IMG/VR virus record: IMGVR_UViG_3300025704_000035
Location: 1 to 53,719 of that record
Origin: a virus
Lineage: Duplodnaviria > Caudoviricetes
Length of the DNA stretch: 53,719 nucleotides
Direction: 5' to 3' (one strand)
In this document: positions 45,413 to 53,719 of the stretch, piece after piece
How positions within the stretch are numbered: position 1 is the first letter of the stretch
Layout of the letters: each line of letters begins with the position of its first letter
The notes under the pieces: generated by a model
Databases searched by the model: none
What the model was told of the DNA's origin: nothing
Seen by the model: only the letters and a program-made list of their open reading frames with translations
Made by a program: the position numbers and the translations under genes

Positions 45413-47242
45413 TTAATCCTTTGAATAGTTAATGTAATATCTTGGTCTGCCGCCTCTTCTGTCTTTGTATTGACAGGTTTCGTTATCAAACTCAAAGCCA
45501 ACACGACCCTCATACATACCGTTTCTGTTTTTCAGTATTTCTAAGTAGGTGTCCCATTGCTTTGTGTACTTTTCGTCTGGCTCTTCACCTAGCATCTCTG
45601 CCTGCTCAATTGCCTCAGACTTTCTTTTGTTCTTCCACACAGAGATAAACCCATCAGCTAAATCTGTGATTGAGCCTGAGCCCTTAACATCATATTTATT
45701 TGGAGCGGAATACTCCGACTCGCCCTTTCGAACGTGAGTAACAATAAAAATTGTGACGGGAAACGAAAGCTTAAAGTTGACTAGCTTTTCAATGAATCTT
45801 TGCTGACCTTCATAATCATCCTGCCTAACCATATTTGTTAAGCTATCAACGATAAAAACATTAATGCCATAACGCCTGTACGCATACTCAAAGCACGCCA
45901 TTAAATCTTCTGGTTTGGGGGTGAGCTTATCCACGAATAGCCATAAGTTCGGAGCCATCCATTCAAGAAGTTTTGACCTGTATGGCTTTGGAGGGTTAGC
46001 TGACCCTGCCGACTGACGTAACATTCGACCCATGGTAGCCTTGGGGGTCATCTCCATTGATGCAATTAAAACCTTCTGATCCTGCTCTACAGCATTGAGC
46101 GCCAACTGATTAAGCCACATAGATTTACCATGCCCATTGATACCTGCAACACCCCACAACTCCTGAGGTCTAAACCTAATATCCTCTTCATCTAGCTTTG
46201 CCCAACCGCTACCGAATCCCTGCTCGTCATTGGCACGGTTATCAAAAAAGTCATCTATGTCTGTTTCAAAATCAAGGACTGCTCGAAGGGTTTCAGGATC
46301 TTTCCATCTTGCCTCTTCATAAGCGCAATTGAGCATCCATTTAGCCTGCTCGTATCCTTCTTTCTTTAACAGATCATTAATATCTTTTGTTGGCAGAGTG
46401 ACCCGATAGCATCGGTCACCAAACCTGTTCATGATTTCTTCTGCGGCTAGCTCACCCTGCTCATCCATATCAGTGGCAATTATTATTTCTTCGAATCGGG
46501 AAAGGTTTTCATATTCATGAGCAATCCACTTGGTTTGCTTAGCGCCCTTACCGCCTCCCATTGGCACACTTAAAGCTGGATAGCCCAACTCCGAACAAGC
46601 TATAGCATCCCACTCACCTTCGGTAATCCATACTTTGCGGCAATCTGCGGGCATTGTTTGCCAGCCAAAAAGTATAGGTTTTAGATCTTTTTGCGTGCTT
46701 GGGTTTCCATCGTGATCGACTGGCTTGGTTTTAAGAAATACCTCTTTGCCGCTGGGGTCGTAATAATTAAATACAACATCCTTACCTCCACGACCGTCTG
46801 TCTCATATATCTTGTGGCGGAAACATATCTCCCCTACATCTTTGAAGCCTCTCTGCTCCATATGTTTATGCAAGGCTTCTCCGCTTACTTGTGGTGGTGG
46901 CTTTGGTTTGGTGTAATTCTTTTTTTCCGCCGTTGCTATTTTTTTTGCGGGACTTCTATCCCTTATGGCGTATGTTTTTTTAGCCCAATCCATCGCTTCA
47001 GTGAGCGAGTAGCCATTACGATACTGTATAAGGTCGAGTAGATCCCCGCCCTCTCCAGTAGCAAAGTCCATCCACTTTCCTGATTGATCACCTGTAAGAT
47101 AGATAGACATAGACCTACCCTTCTCACCCTGTATAGAGCCTACCTTGTAACAGCCTGACTCCATCTTTCCCTCTGGATATAACTCGTGGCACACCGATGC
47201 GGCGTGACTAGCGAGCTCACTACTTAAATCTTTAACATTCAT
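45413..47242 (-). CDS. Primase-helicase (TOPRIM plus SF4 helicase, T7 gp4/Twinkle-like)
   Basis: ITEGEWDA, DMDEQG, KDINDLL; Walker A GINGHGKS; VDSL; VTHVRK; KGSG.I.DLAD; KNRNG. Confidence 0.92.
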   Translation of the reverse strand: MNVKDLSSELASHAASVCHELYPEGKMESGCYKVGSIQGEKGRSMSIYLTGDQSGKWMDFATGEGGDLLDLIQYRNGYSLTEAMDWAKKTYAIRDRSPAKKIATAEKKNYTKPKPPPQVSGEALHKHMEQRGFKDVGEICFRHKIYETDGRGGKDVVFNYYDPSGKEVFLKTKPVDHDGNPSTQKDLKPILFGWQTMPADCRKVWITEGEWDAIACSELGYPALSVPMGGGKGAKQTKWIAHEYENLSRFEEIIIATDMDEQGELAAEEIMNRFGDRCYRVTLPTKDINDLLKKEGYEQAKWMLNCAYEEARWKDPETLRAVLDFETDIDDFFDNRANDEQGFGSGWAKLDEEDIRFRPQELWGVAGINGHGKSMWLNQLALNAVEQDQKVLIASMEMTPKATMGRMLRQSAGSANPPKPYRSKLLEWMAPNLWLFVDKLTPKPEDLMACFEYAYRRYGINVFIVDSLTNMVRQDDYEGQQRFIEKLVNFKLSFPVTIFIVTHVRKGESEYSAPNKYDVKGSGSITDLADGFISVWKNKRKSEAIEQAEMLGEEPDEKYTKQWDTYLEILKNRNGMYEGRVGFEFDNETCQYKDRRGGRPRYYINYSKD

Positions 47243-47985
47243 TTAACTGCCCCCAATAAATCATCATGTCTTGATATGTTTTTAAAACACTGCAAGCCTT
47301 GCCAGTCAGGTTGACCTACTCTCTGCCAGCCTCTCGATATGGCAAACTCCACAACCTTGTTCATATCAAACTTTTCGTTTTGCATAACCTCGAAATCATG
47401 CGTTTGTCTTGTAATTGTTGCCTTAGCAACCTTTCTGTTACCGTTACCCTCAACCTTGTAATCCCACCACGCTTCCCATGCTTTTTTGGAAACACCCGTA
47501 GGACATTTGTTAAGGAGCGCTTCTTTCCAATGTTCTTCTGTAGTAATAGTTATTCTTTGTGGCGGATTATCCGTAGCCGGATTACCCGTAGACGGATTAC
47601 CCGTAGACGGAAAATCAGCCTCGGTGGTTTTAGTAGTAGGCTTCACGGAATCTGGAAATACATTGCGCGTATCGGTAGCCAGCCAGTCATAACCACCGAA
47701 CTGCCCCTTGCCATCTCTGCTTGCGTGCTTCTTTAGGTAGCCGCTAGACTCAAGACATTTTGTAATAGACTGCATCTTGGTTTTTCCTACAGCAAAGACA
47801 GTGCATAGCTGAGTCTGAGTTACCTGCCAGTCTTCAACGTGAGACAGCAAGTAAACCAACACGCCCAAGGCTTCGGGTGTTAGACTGTCCTCCCTTGCAT
47901 CAGATGCTGATACACCTCCACGCAGGAGTAAGTTTGGTAGCTTGGTGTAATGGGTGCTGTCATTAAAGGCGGGTCGATAAATCAT
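47239..47985 (-). CDS. Phage replication initiator (winged HTH) with internal repeats
   Basis: YTKLPN..L, LT.EA.G.L.YLLS...W, LE..GYL; upstream of the helicase. Confidence 0.75.
   Translation of the reverse strand: MIYRPAFNDSTHYTKLPNLLLRGGVSASDAREDSLTPEALGVLVYLLSHVEDWQVTQTQLCTVFAVGKTKMQSITKCLESSGYLKKHASRDGKGQFGGYDWLATDTRNVFPDSVKPTTKTTEADFPSTGNPSTGNPATDNPPQRITITTEEHWKEALLNKCPTGVSKKAWEAWWDYKVEGNGNRKVAKATITRQTHDFEVMQNEKFDMNKVVEFAISRGWQRVGQPDWQGLQCFKNISRHDDLLGAVK
47563..47616. repeat. 15-bp tandem repeats (candidate origin iterons) inside the initiator gene
   Basis: CGGATTATCCGTAGC, CGGATTACCCGTAGA x2, partial CGGAAAATC. Confidence 0.7.
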
Positions 47986-48096
47986 AAAAAAAGAAAAAGC
48001 ATCCGTGTGGTAAAAGTAATCTATATGGGTCTATACTAATCTAGAAGTGCACATTTAAGCAACAAGTGTTTAATCATCTATGCATAAATAAATATG

Positions 48097-48126
48097 TTGA
48101 CATTATTATATTAGTAGGCGTAAGAT
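48097..48126 (+). promoter_or_regulatory. Sigma70-type promoter for the repressor-like gene
   Basis: TTGACA-N18-TAAGAT in a divergent AT-rich intergenic region. Confidence 0.55.
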
Positions 48127-48179
48127 CGCGAGAAATACCCTATGGACTATATTGTCATTAGGTAACATGGAGAACTGTT

Positions 48180-48581
48180 ATGAAAAAAGAAGAAAGGGCA
48201 AAGTTTTTTAACTCAGCCTTAGATAAATCTGGGGTACCAAACTGGGGAAGGAATGCGGAGATAGTAAAGCGCATTAATTGTAGCCCTGCTACTGCCCAAG
48301 GCTGGTGTAGAGGATCTTTACCAAGCGATCCGGAAACTCTCGTATCTGTATGTGACGCTTTCAATGTAGATTTATATGCTTGGGTTGACGGCAAATCTAG
48401 AGGCTCAACAAGCATTGATAGTGACAAAATGATGAAAGCACTTATACAGGCTAAATCGTTGTTTGAGGCAGTTGGAATGAACTTGGAGACAAACCAATAC
48501 GCCAAGGTAATATGTTACTTATATACGTTGAATGGGGAAGGTGACGTGGTAAGTGCTATTACAGATCTGATTAACGAGTAA
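48180..48581 (+). CDS. Repressor-like XRE HTH protein (no peptidase domain visible)
   Basis: F..AL...G...GR..EI..S..TA..W.RGSLP..L..VC..FNV...W; divergent from the replication operon. Confidence 0.7.
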   Translation: MKKEERAKFFNSALDKSGVPNWGRNAEIVKRINCSPATAQGWCRGSLPSDPETLVSVCDAFNVDLYAWVDGKSRGSTSIDSDKMMKALIQAKSLFEAVGMNLETNQYAKVICYLYTLNGEGDVVSAITDLINE

Positions 48582-48611
48582 TCTGTAAGTAATATTTATA
48601 ATCTATAAGTG

Positions 48612-48640
48612 TTGATTTATAATCCATAGAGTAATACTAT
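48612..48640 (+). promoter_or_regulatory. Sigma70-type promoter for the recombination operon
   Basis: TTGATT-N17-TACTAT upstream of the AAGGAG SD. Confidence 0.5.
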
Positions 48641-48669
48641 GTAGTTAGCTTAACAAAGGAGCTAATTAC

Positions 48670-49299
48670 ATGGATACGCTTAAGCGCTCAGAGATCTGGG
48701 CGACCCTATCTAAAAAAGACGTAAAACCCTACTGCACAGAAACCGAAGTCATCGGTGACGTGATTCTAAAATATCTTCCTTGGATGCGTGCTCACGAAAT
48801 TATGATGAGCCTGTACCCTGAATATAGCTGGGAGTTTACAGAAGACCCCGAAGGCAGAGAGTGTCACTACTTTGATGACGGTTCTGCTGAGGTGCGTTGT
48901 CGTATGACTATCGGCGAGCACACAAACATCACTGCACTGCCAGTACACCGTAACGGTAAACCTATCCCCTCGCCTAGCGCAATGGACATCAACACAGCAA
49001 AACAAAGATGCCGAGTCAAGAGTATGGCTGAGTTTGGTCTTGGTTATCAGATGTGGCTGAATGATGCAGAAAGCAAGCCTAAAGAGGCACCTTCTGAGTC
49101 AGTAGAAGAACCCGTTGATGAGTCAGAATTAGTTAAAGCCCTTTGGAACAAAACTAAAATTGAAGAAACCAAGACGTTTGGTGATGCACAAAAACTGTAT
49201 TCACGCTTTACCAAAGGCTTACAGAATCGCGGATGGACTGATGACTCGGATCGCTGGGAAGCATTGTGTAAAAAGAACGATTGGAGGGCTAAGAAATGA
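48670..49299 (+). CDS. Sak/Rad52-like single-strand annealing protein
   Basis: IW.TLS..DV, L.YLPW..A, LPV, DINTAKQRC.VK..A.FGLG. Confidence 0.8.
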   Translation: MDTLKRSEIWATLSKKDVKPYCTETEVIGDVILKYLPWMRAHEIMMSLYPEYSWEFTEDPEGRECHYFDDGSAEVRCRMTIGEHTNITALPVHRNGKPIPSPSAMDINTAKQRCRVKSMAEFGLGYQMWLNDAESKPKEAPSESVEEPVDESELVKALWNKTKIEETKTFGDAQKLYSRFTKGLQNRGWTDDSDRWEALCKKNDWRAKK

Positions 49300-50327
49300 G
49301 TTTAGCTGTCCAAGGTTCTCCCGAGTGGCATAGAGCCAGAGCGGGCAAGATTAAAGCCTCTGTATGTGCCGCCCTTGAGGGTAAGCACAAATATATGAAG
49401 TCAAAAGACTTGGTTCGTCAGGAAGTTAGAGCCCTAGCAGGCTCTGAATCTGAATTTAAGATGGTACCGGCTGTAGCGCACGGTCAGGTTATGGAAGATA
49501 CCGCTCGTATCTTTCTCGAAAAGACTCAAGGATATACCGTTGAAGAGACAGGGCTAGTTGTTCACCCTAAGTATGACTTCTTAGCCGCAAGCCCCGATGG
49601 TTTGGTGGGTTTGGACGGGTGCGTTGAAATTAAGTGCCCTTACCCGCAATACACCAAGCAACCCTACTCTGTTTTCGATCCTGCAAAGTCTGTTTATTTG
49701 TGGCAGGTATACATGCAGATGGAGGTTCTTGACGCTGACTGGTGTGACTTTATCTGCTATCTAGCTAATAACGAGACCAGTGAGCCGCAGTTTACTATTG
49801 AAAGGGTTGAGCGCAAGCAGGACTTTCTGACCGAACTTGTCAGTAGAAAGTACATGCCTCAGCCTGAGAAGGGAACCATATCTAGACTTGATTTATATCA
49901 GGCTTGGCACCGATGGATCGCTGAACAGCATAGTGACCCTGTAACGCGCAAGCTACACACCGATGCCATTGAGGCAGAGAGCGCTGAGGTCGTAACTAAT
50001 GATGAAGATCTTAACTCCTTAACAAAAATTCAAAACCGGATACATGAAATAAAAGACCGTATTTCGGACGAGCTAGAAATTCTAGACATTCTTTCCACCA
50101 ACTCAATCGACCTAAAGAAAAGCATTGCTGGTCGTTTTGATTCAAGCGTTTCTAATGGAAAGACAACAGTCAGGATAACAAGCAAGACTCCACCCATAGA
50201 CTACAGAAAGGCATTTGAGTTTCTAGGTGGCGAGGACGAAGTCCTCAACAAAGACGAGAGTATCGATTCCTTCAGAAGGACTACCGGTACTAAGCAAGTA
50301 ACGATCTTACATGGAGATCAACTATGA
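49296..50327 (+). CDS. YqaJ / lambda-exonuclease-family recombinase
   Basis: QGSPEW..RAGKI.AS, HG..ME..A, ASPDGL, EIKCP, Q...QM. Confidence 0.9.
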   Translation: MSLAVQGSPEWHRARAGKIKASVCAALEGKHKYMKSKDLVRQEVRALAGSESEFKMVPAVAHGQVMEDTARIFLEKTQGYTVEETGLVVHPKYDFLAASPDGLVGLDGCVEIKCPYPQYTKQPYSVFDPAKSVYLWQVYMQMEVLDADWCDFICYLANNETSEPQFTIERVERKQDFLTELVSRKYMPQPEKGTISRLDLYQAWHRWIAEQHSDPVTRKLHTDAIEAESAEVVTNDEDLNSLTKIQNRIHEIKDRISDELEILDILSTNSIDLKKSIAGRFDSSVSNGKTTVRITSKTPPIDYRKAFEFLGGEDEVLNKDESIDSFRRTTGTKQVTILHGDQL

Positions 50328-50689
50328 AAACCCCAACAGCGTTTGAAAGCCTGAAAGCAGGAAAGGGTCGTTTGTACCCGATGGATAAAGAAAAGAGAAT
50401 AGCGGAATGGAATCGCTTAAAGCAGTACGAATGGGCAACTAAGGCACATGTGCCCAAGTTCGAAGGTTATATAAAGATTAATCAGGATGTTATCGACGAA
50501 ATGACCCTTGCAATGAATGCACAGGGTGGCGAGTTCCGATACAACCTAAAAGTTTGTGAGCAGATGGGTGACGATGGCGAGCTGAAGCAGTTCAACATTG
50601 ATTACTGGGTGCCAACCAAACCAGCGAAGTCAAAGCCAGTAGAAAGTGCGCCTGCCGATGACTTTTTAGATGATGATGTACCATTTTAA
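50324..50689 (+). CDS. Putative ssDNA-binding protein
   Basis: Acidic C-terminal tail DDFLDDDVPF; P.F.G.I motif; follows the SSAP and exonuclease. Confidence 0.6.
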   Translation: MKTPTAFESLKAGKGRLYPMDKEKRIAEWNRLKQYEWATKAHVPKFEGYIKINQDVIDEMTLAMNAQGGEFRYNLKVCEQMGDDGELKQFNIDYWVPTKPAKSKPVESAPADDFLDDDVPF

Positions 50690-50699
50690 AGGATAAATT

Positions 50700-51089
50700 A
50701 TGCCACTAAGAATCACCCGTGCCGTTGACTCGGTACTGTATGGCGGGTGGGATCTAGACCCCTCGGATTTAGAGGGGTCATGTGACCATCGAATTTGGGT
50801 GAGGAGGGTTAGGGACACAGACAAGCATCAGGATGCGTTGATAAACATTGAGTCACAGCAAGGAGTGACTGAAGAGATTATAAATATTGACGAGCCAATG
50901 ATGGTTGATCACGGAATAGAGTTAAAGATGGTTGGGGTACAGCGCTATCACCTCAAACCCGAAAAGCACTGCAAGGTTTGTGATCGAGGAGATCACTTTA
51001 AATCAAAGCATATTCCGCAGGCACGCATAGCAGTCGATGCCCCGCGTGAATACGAAGTCATCAGGCATGACGCTAGGAAGAAAAGATGA
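50700..51089 (+). CDS. Divergent CsrA/RsmA-like RNA-binding protein
   Basis: N-terminal LRITRAVDSVL and C-terminal QARIAVDAPREYEVIR resemble CsrA LILTRRVGETL and QVRIGVNAPKEVSVHR; about twice the length of CsrA, with a CxxC insert. Confidence 0.5.
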   Translation: MPLRITRAVDSVLYGGWDLDPSDLEGSCDHRIWVRRVRDTDKHQDALINIESQQGVTEEIINIDEPMMVDHGIELKMVGVQRYHLKPEKHCKVCDRGDHFKSKHIPQARIAVDAPREYEVIRHDARKKR

Positions 51090-51325
51090 ATGAAGATACT
51101 GTAATAGAGATAGGCGGTAACAGTTACCGATCAGGAGACTTATCGAAGACCTGCATACAGAAGATCAATTCTGTGGCACAGAGTCGCCAAGCGCTTCAGC
51201 TTGTAGCCTCTTTAGTTAACCATGCACAGCATGGAATAGACGTGGATTTAAAGGAAGCACTAAAACTTCTTCCTGATCCTGTATCTGACTCCCCCTCCTC
51301 GAAGGATGCAGAACAGGAAGGCTAG
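51086..51325 (+). CDS. Small hypothetical protein
   Basis: 79 aa; I.I.G..Y...DLS motif then a helix. Confidence 0.65.
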   Translation: MNEDTVIEIGGNSYRSGDLSKTCIQKINSVAQSRQALQLVASLVNHAQHGIDVDLKEALKLLPDPVSDSPSSKDAEQEG

Positions 51326-51435
51326 CAATCCTCCTCGCTGGCTTGGTTCACCAGTGCTAGATAACGAACCCTAGACATTTGACCCTTTGGTGTAGATAAT
51401 AATCTGGCTGATGGGTCTCTCACAAGGAGGCTTAT

Positions 51436-52377
51436 ATGAGTATGACGTTTAAAGAAGTTGCAGAGATGTATGTGCAACAACCGACAAAAAAGTATGCGCG
51501 TAAGCAGAAGCATTGCTTGCAGATAGTTGGCAAGATTTGCGAAAAAATTGGCAATGAACCTGTTGCTAAGTTTCAGCGCAAGCGCCCTGTCCTTGAGTAT
51601 GTGACAGCGGTTAGGGCACAGCCGTCAACTAGGCGTGCTGGTAAGTTGGTAAGTAATGGGTATGTAAATAGCCACATTGTTTTCCTTAGAGCAATTTTGG
51701 TTTTTGCAAGGGATGAGCTTGAGATTATTGATCGAGTTCCTTTGATTAAAACCTTAACGGAAAAGAAGCGTGACACATATCTTACGCCGGAACAGGTTCG
51801 TAATCTCATGCGTTGGTTGGATGAGTTGCGAGCAGACATGGTGGAATTTGCAGTTAATACAGGGCTGAGAAATAGCAATGTTCGATTATTAAAGTGGTCG
51901 GATCTTGCGGATGATTTATCAGCACTGTCTGTTAAGGCTGAAGATTCTAAGAACGGTGAAGCTACAGCGATCCCTTTAAATCCGGATGCGCGTCGTGTGT
52001 TGAGAAGACGTAAGTCCAAGTGTAGAAGTTTAGAGGATCGTTATCCTTATTTAAAAGGCAAGATAGATTATGTTTTTGCTAAGGAATCGAATCGCCGTGC
52101 AGTGAATGGTACGCCGTATGCAGACTGTAAGGCTGTGTCTGGTACGAACTGGCGTAAAGCGTGTCGTCAGGCAGGACTTCCAGATGATGTTGTGTTTCAT
52201 ACAATGAGGCATACATTTGCAAGCTGGCATTTACAGAGTGGAACGAGCGAGTCAACACTGCAAGAATTGGGTAATTGGCAAAGCGAGCGTTCAATGAAAA
52301 GGTATGGTCATCTGTCGATGAAATTTAAGAAAGAGGCGGCTGGCAATATCAGTGGATTATTGAGGGGTAATCTTTAA
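51436..52377 (+). CDS. int: Tyrosine integrase
   Basis: TGLR, SKNG, FHTMRHTFASW, LGNW, RYGHL catalytic residues; attP immediately downstream. Confidence 0.93.
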   Translation: MSMTFKEVAEMYVQQPTKKYARKQKHCLQIVGKICEKIGNEPVAKFQRKRPVLEYVTAVRAQPSTRRAGKLVSNGYVNSHIVFLRAILVFARDELEIIDRVPLIKTLTEKKRDTYLTPEQVRNLMRWLDELRADMVEFAVNTGLRNSNVRLLKWSDLADDLSALSVKAEDSKNGEATAIPLNPDARRVLRRRKSKCRSLEDRYPYLKGKIDYVFAKESNRRAVNGTPYADCKAVSGTNWRKACRQAGLPDDVVFHTMRHTFASWHLQSGTSESTLQELGNWQSERSMKRYGHLSMKFKKEAAGNISGLLRGNL

Positions 52378-52441
52378 TAATTTACAGAATGGTGTTGACC
52401 TTAACCTGAAGTATTAGTTAGCCAACACCTTAACTTGGGTA

Positions 52442-52457
52442 CTGTTTATTTATACAG
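52442..52457. promoter_or_regulatory. LexA (SOS) box-like site
   Basis: CTGT-TTATTTAT-ACAG matches the CTGT-N8-ACAG consensus. Confidence 0.55.
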
Positions 52458-52506
52458 AAGCCCGCAACCTAGAGAAGGTTACGGTAAGCGACAAAAAAAT
52501 CACATG

Positions 52507-52617
52507 TAAGTAGTTGATTTTATTGCCAAAAAAATTGGAGCGGGAAACGAGATTCGAACTCGCGACCTCAACCTTGGCAAGATGTCGGCATGTGATCCCT
52601 TATAAATCAATAACTTA
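52507..52617. promoter_or_regulatory. Two IHF consensus sites flanking the att core, inverted
   Basis: WATCAANNNNTTR matches: AATCAACTACTTA (minus, 52507-19) and AATCAATAACTTA (plus, 52605-17). Confidence 0.7.
52536..52581 (-). other. attP core: 3' half of a tRNA-Gly(GCC), from the anticodon loop to CCA
   Basis: Minus strand CTTGCCAAGGTTGAGGTCGCGAGTTCGAATCTCGTTTCCCGCTCCA; 5' half of the tRNA absent. Confidence 0.92.
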
Positions 52618-52686
52618 CGAGAGACTCATCAGAAATGTCGTAAAATTGTTGACCGTAACCTTTCCTTAAAAGAAAGGTCTTAAATA

Positions 52687-52884
52687 ATGAAAAATACTGA
52701 TAAATTAATTGCCGATATAAACAAGTTTGCAGACCAAAAAATCAAAGAAACAAAGCGAGATGTAAGCGTGATAAAAGGCATGGTGTTTGACTACCTTGGG
52801 CAGGAAGCATGCACTCTAAAAAACTGGCATGTAGCCGCTTGGATTCTTATAACCATATTATTTTGTTCTTCTACCTCTATATAA
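52687..52884 (+). CDS. Small protein with C-terminal hydrophobic helix
   Basis: 65 aa, between attP and a terminator. Confidence 0.55.
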   Translation: MKNTDKLIADINKFADQKIKETKRDVSVIKGMVFDYLGQEACTLKNWHVAAWILITILFCSSTSI

Positions 52885-52946
52885 CTAAAAGTTATAACGG
52901 GTATAAAAACAAAGCATTTCCCCTAGTAGTAAGTAGCACTTAGAAT

Positions 52947-52977
52947 GCCTCTTCATTAACCCGAAGAGGCTTTTTTT
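52947..52977 (+). terminator. Intrinsic terminator at the convergence of the two transcription directions
   Basis: GCCTCTTC-N8-GAAGAGGC then T7. Confidence 0.8.
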
Positions 52978-53050
52978 AGTGATTACAGTATGTGTTTTGG
53001 TAGTGTTTGGCTTGGCGTGTATAGGACTGCAAGACTTGAGGAAGAAGTAA

Positions 53051-53719
53051 CTACTTCCCCTCAGCCTTTCGGTATGCCTTGTTAAAGATATCAAAGATCT
53101 TGTTTTCATTAACTTCAAGCTCTTCAAGTAACTTTCTTCTTTTCTCCTCTCCTAATGAGCCGGCACCGTAGTTCTGTTTCTCAACCATTTTTCTTGTTTT
53201 AGAGATCCTTCTAAGGTCTCTGTTTGCCAGCTCGTAAAGATTCTTACCGTTATACTTGGGGTTAAGTAGCGGGATGAAATCTTTAAACTCTGTCTGAAGT
53301 CTAGCCACTTCCGTCACGTCTGTAGCTTCTTTAAATCTAGTTACAATTTTACGGGTCTCTTCCCAGTTCTCGTAAAACTCGAATCGGTCTGCATAATCTG
53401 AGGGCGACTCAAAGAAACCACCAACTAACGGGAGGTCTTGCTTACGGTAGTCTTCATCCGAAAGCATACGACCTGCAATATCAGTTGTCTGGCTACCAAA
53501 TCGACCCAAGCCGCCAAGGAAATACTCATAAGCATATTGCATCTTATCTGGATTGATAGATATGGATCCATCTCGGTACTTATCACCCCCAGTAGCATCG
53601 TTGAGGAACTCAGCCGGAACAGTAAACATCTTGTCGGTTGATCTTCGAGAGTTATAAGCATTGGCTCGGTCAACAAACAACGGGTTTTGCTCTATGTAGA
53701 TATCACTGCCAAAGAAGTT
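53051..53719 (-). CDS. C-terminal part of the giant polyvalent protein (continues from 1-8932)
   Basis: Same frame as 1-8932 through the terminal overlap; stop at 53051. Confidence 0.88.
   Translation of the reverse strand, partial: NFFGSDIYIEQNPLFVDRANAYNSRRSTDKMFTVPAEFLNDATGGDKYRDGSISINPDKMQYAYEYFLGGLGRFGSQTTDIAGRMLSDEDYRKQDLPLVGGFFESPSDYADRFEFYENWEETRKIVTRFKEATDVTEVARLQTEFKDFIPLLNPKYNGKNLYELANRDLRRISKTRKMVEKQNYGAGSLGEEKRRKLLEELEVNENKIFDIFNKAYRKAEGK
53353..53719. repeat. Terminal direct repeat, right copy
   Basis: Matches 1-367 with 9 substitutions. Confidence 0.97.

Larger units (their letters stand above)
52393..52661. repeat. attP arm-type repeats
   Basis: TGTTGACCTTAACCT (52393), TGTTGACCGTAACCT (52647), inverted ACCGTAACCT (52476-85), partial CACCTTAACT (~52426). 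Confidence 0.65.

Noticed and set aside
52536-52581. Functional tRNA-Gly gene
   Set aside because: Only the anticodon loop to CCA is present; the D-arm and 5' acceptor strand are missing, and it lies next to the integrase, so it is attP
52885-53127. 80-aa minus-strand ORF
   Set aside because: Overlaps the giant ORF end in another frame and runs through the terminator; no supporting features

Overview
A near-certainly complete, circularly permuted genome (unit length about 53,352 bp; 367-bp terminal overlap 1-367 = 53353-53719) of a temperate tailed phage with a podovirus-like gene set. The host is probably a gammaproteobacterium, inferred from the tRNA-Gly attP, IHF sites, a LexA-type box and a CsrA-like gene. 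The minus strand (36.4 kb down to 1, wrapping to 53051) carries packaging, head, tail, lysis and ejection genes. It ends in a ~3,077-aa polyvalent protein that is missing from the ORF track because it crosses the junction. 43.4-48 kb (-) is a replication/nuclease module. 48.2-52.7 kb (+) holds a repressor-like gene, recombination genes, the CsrA-like gene, an integrase and attP. The standout is the rightward putative early/host-takeover operon (36.5-43.5 kb). It begins with a sigma70 promoter and a ~330-nt structured leader RNA. It is then punctuated by six type I hammerhead ribozymes, each with a covarying loop II/3'-tail pseudoknot. Each ribozyme lies 29-52 nt upstream of a start codon and is followed by an invariant CCUGAGGAGG Shine-Dalgarno hairpin (11 copies in all). 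This looks like a self-cleaving, ribozyme-punctuated operon, possibly with a phage-encoded translational regulator. All protein calls are from motif recognition by eye; no searches were run.
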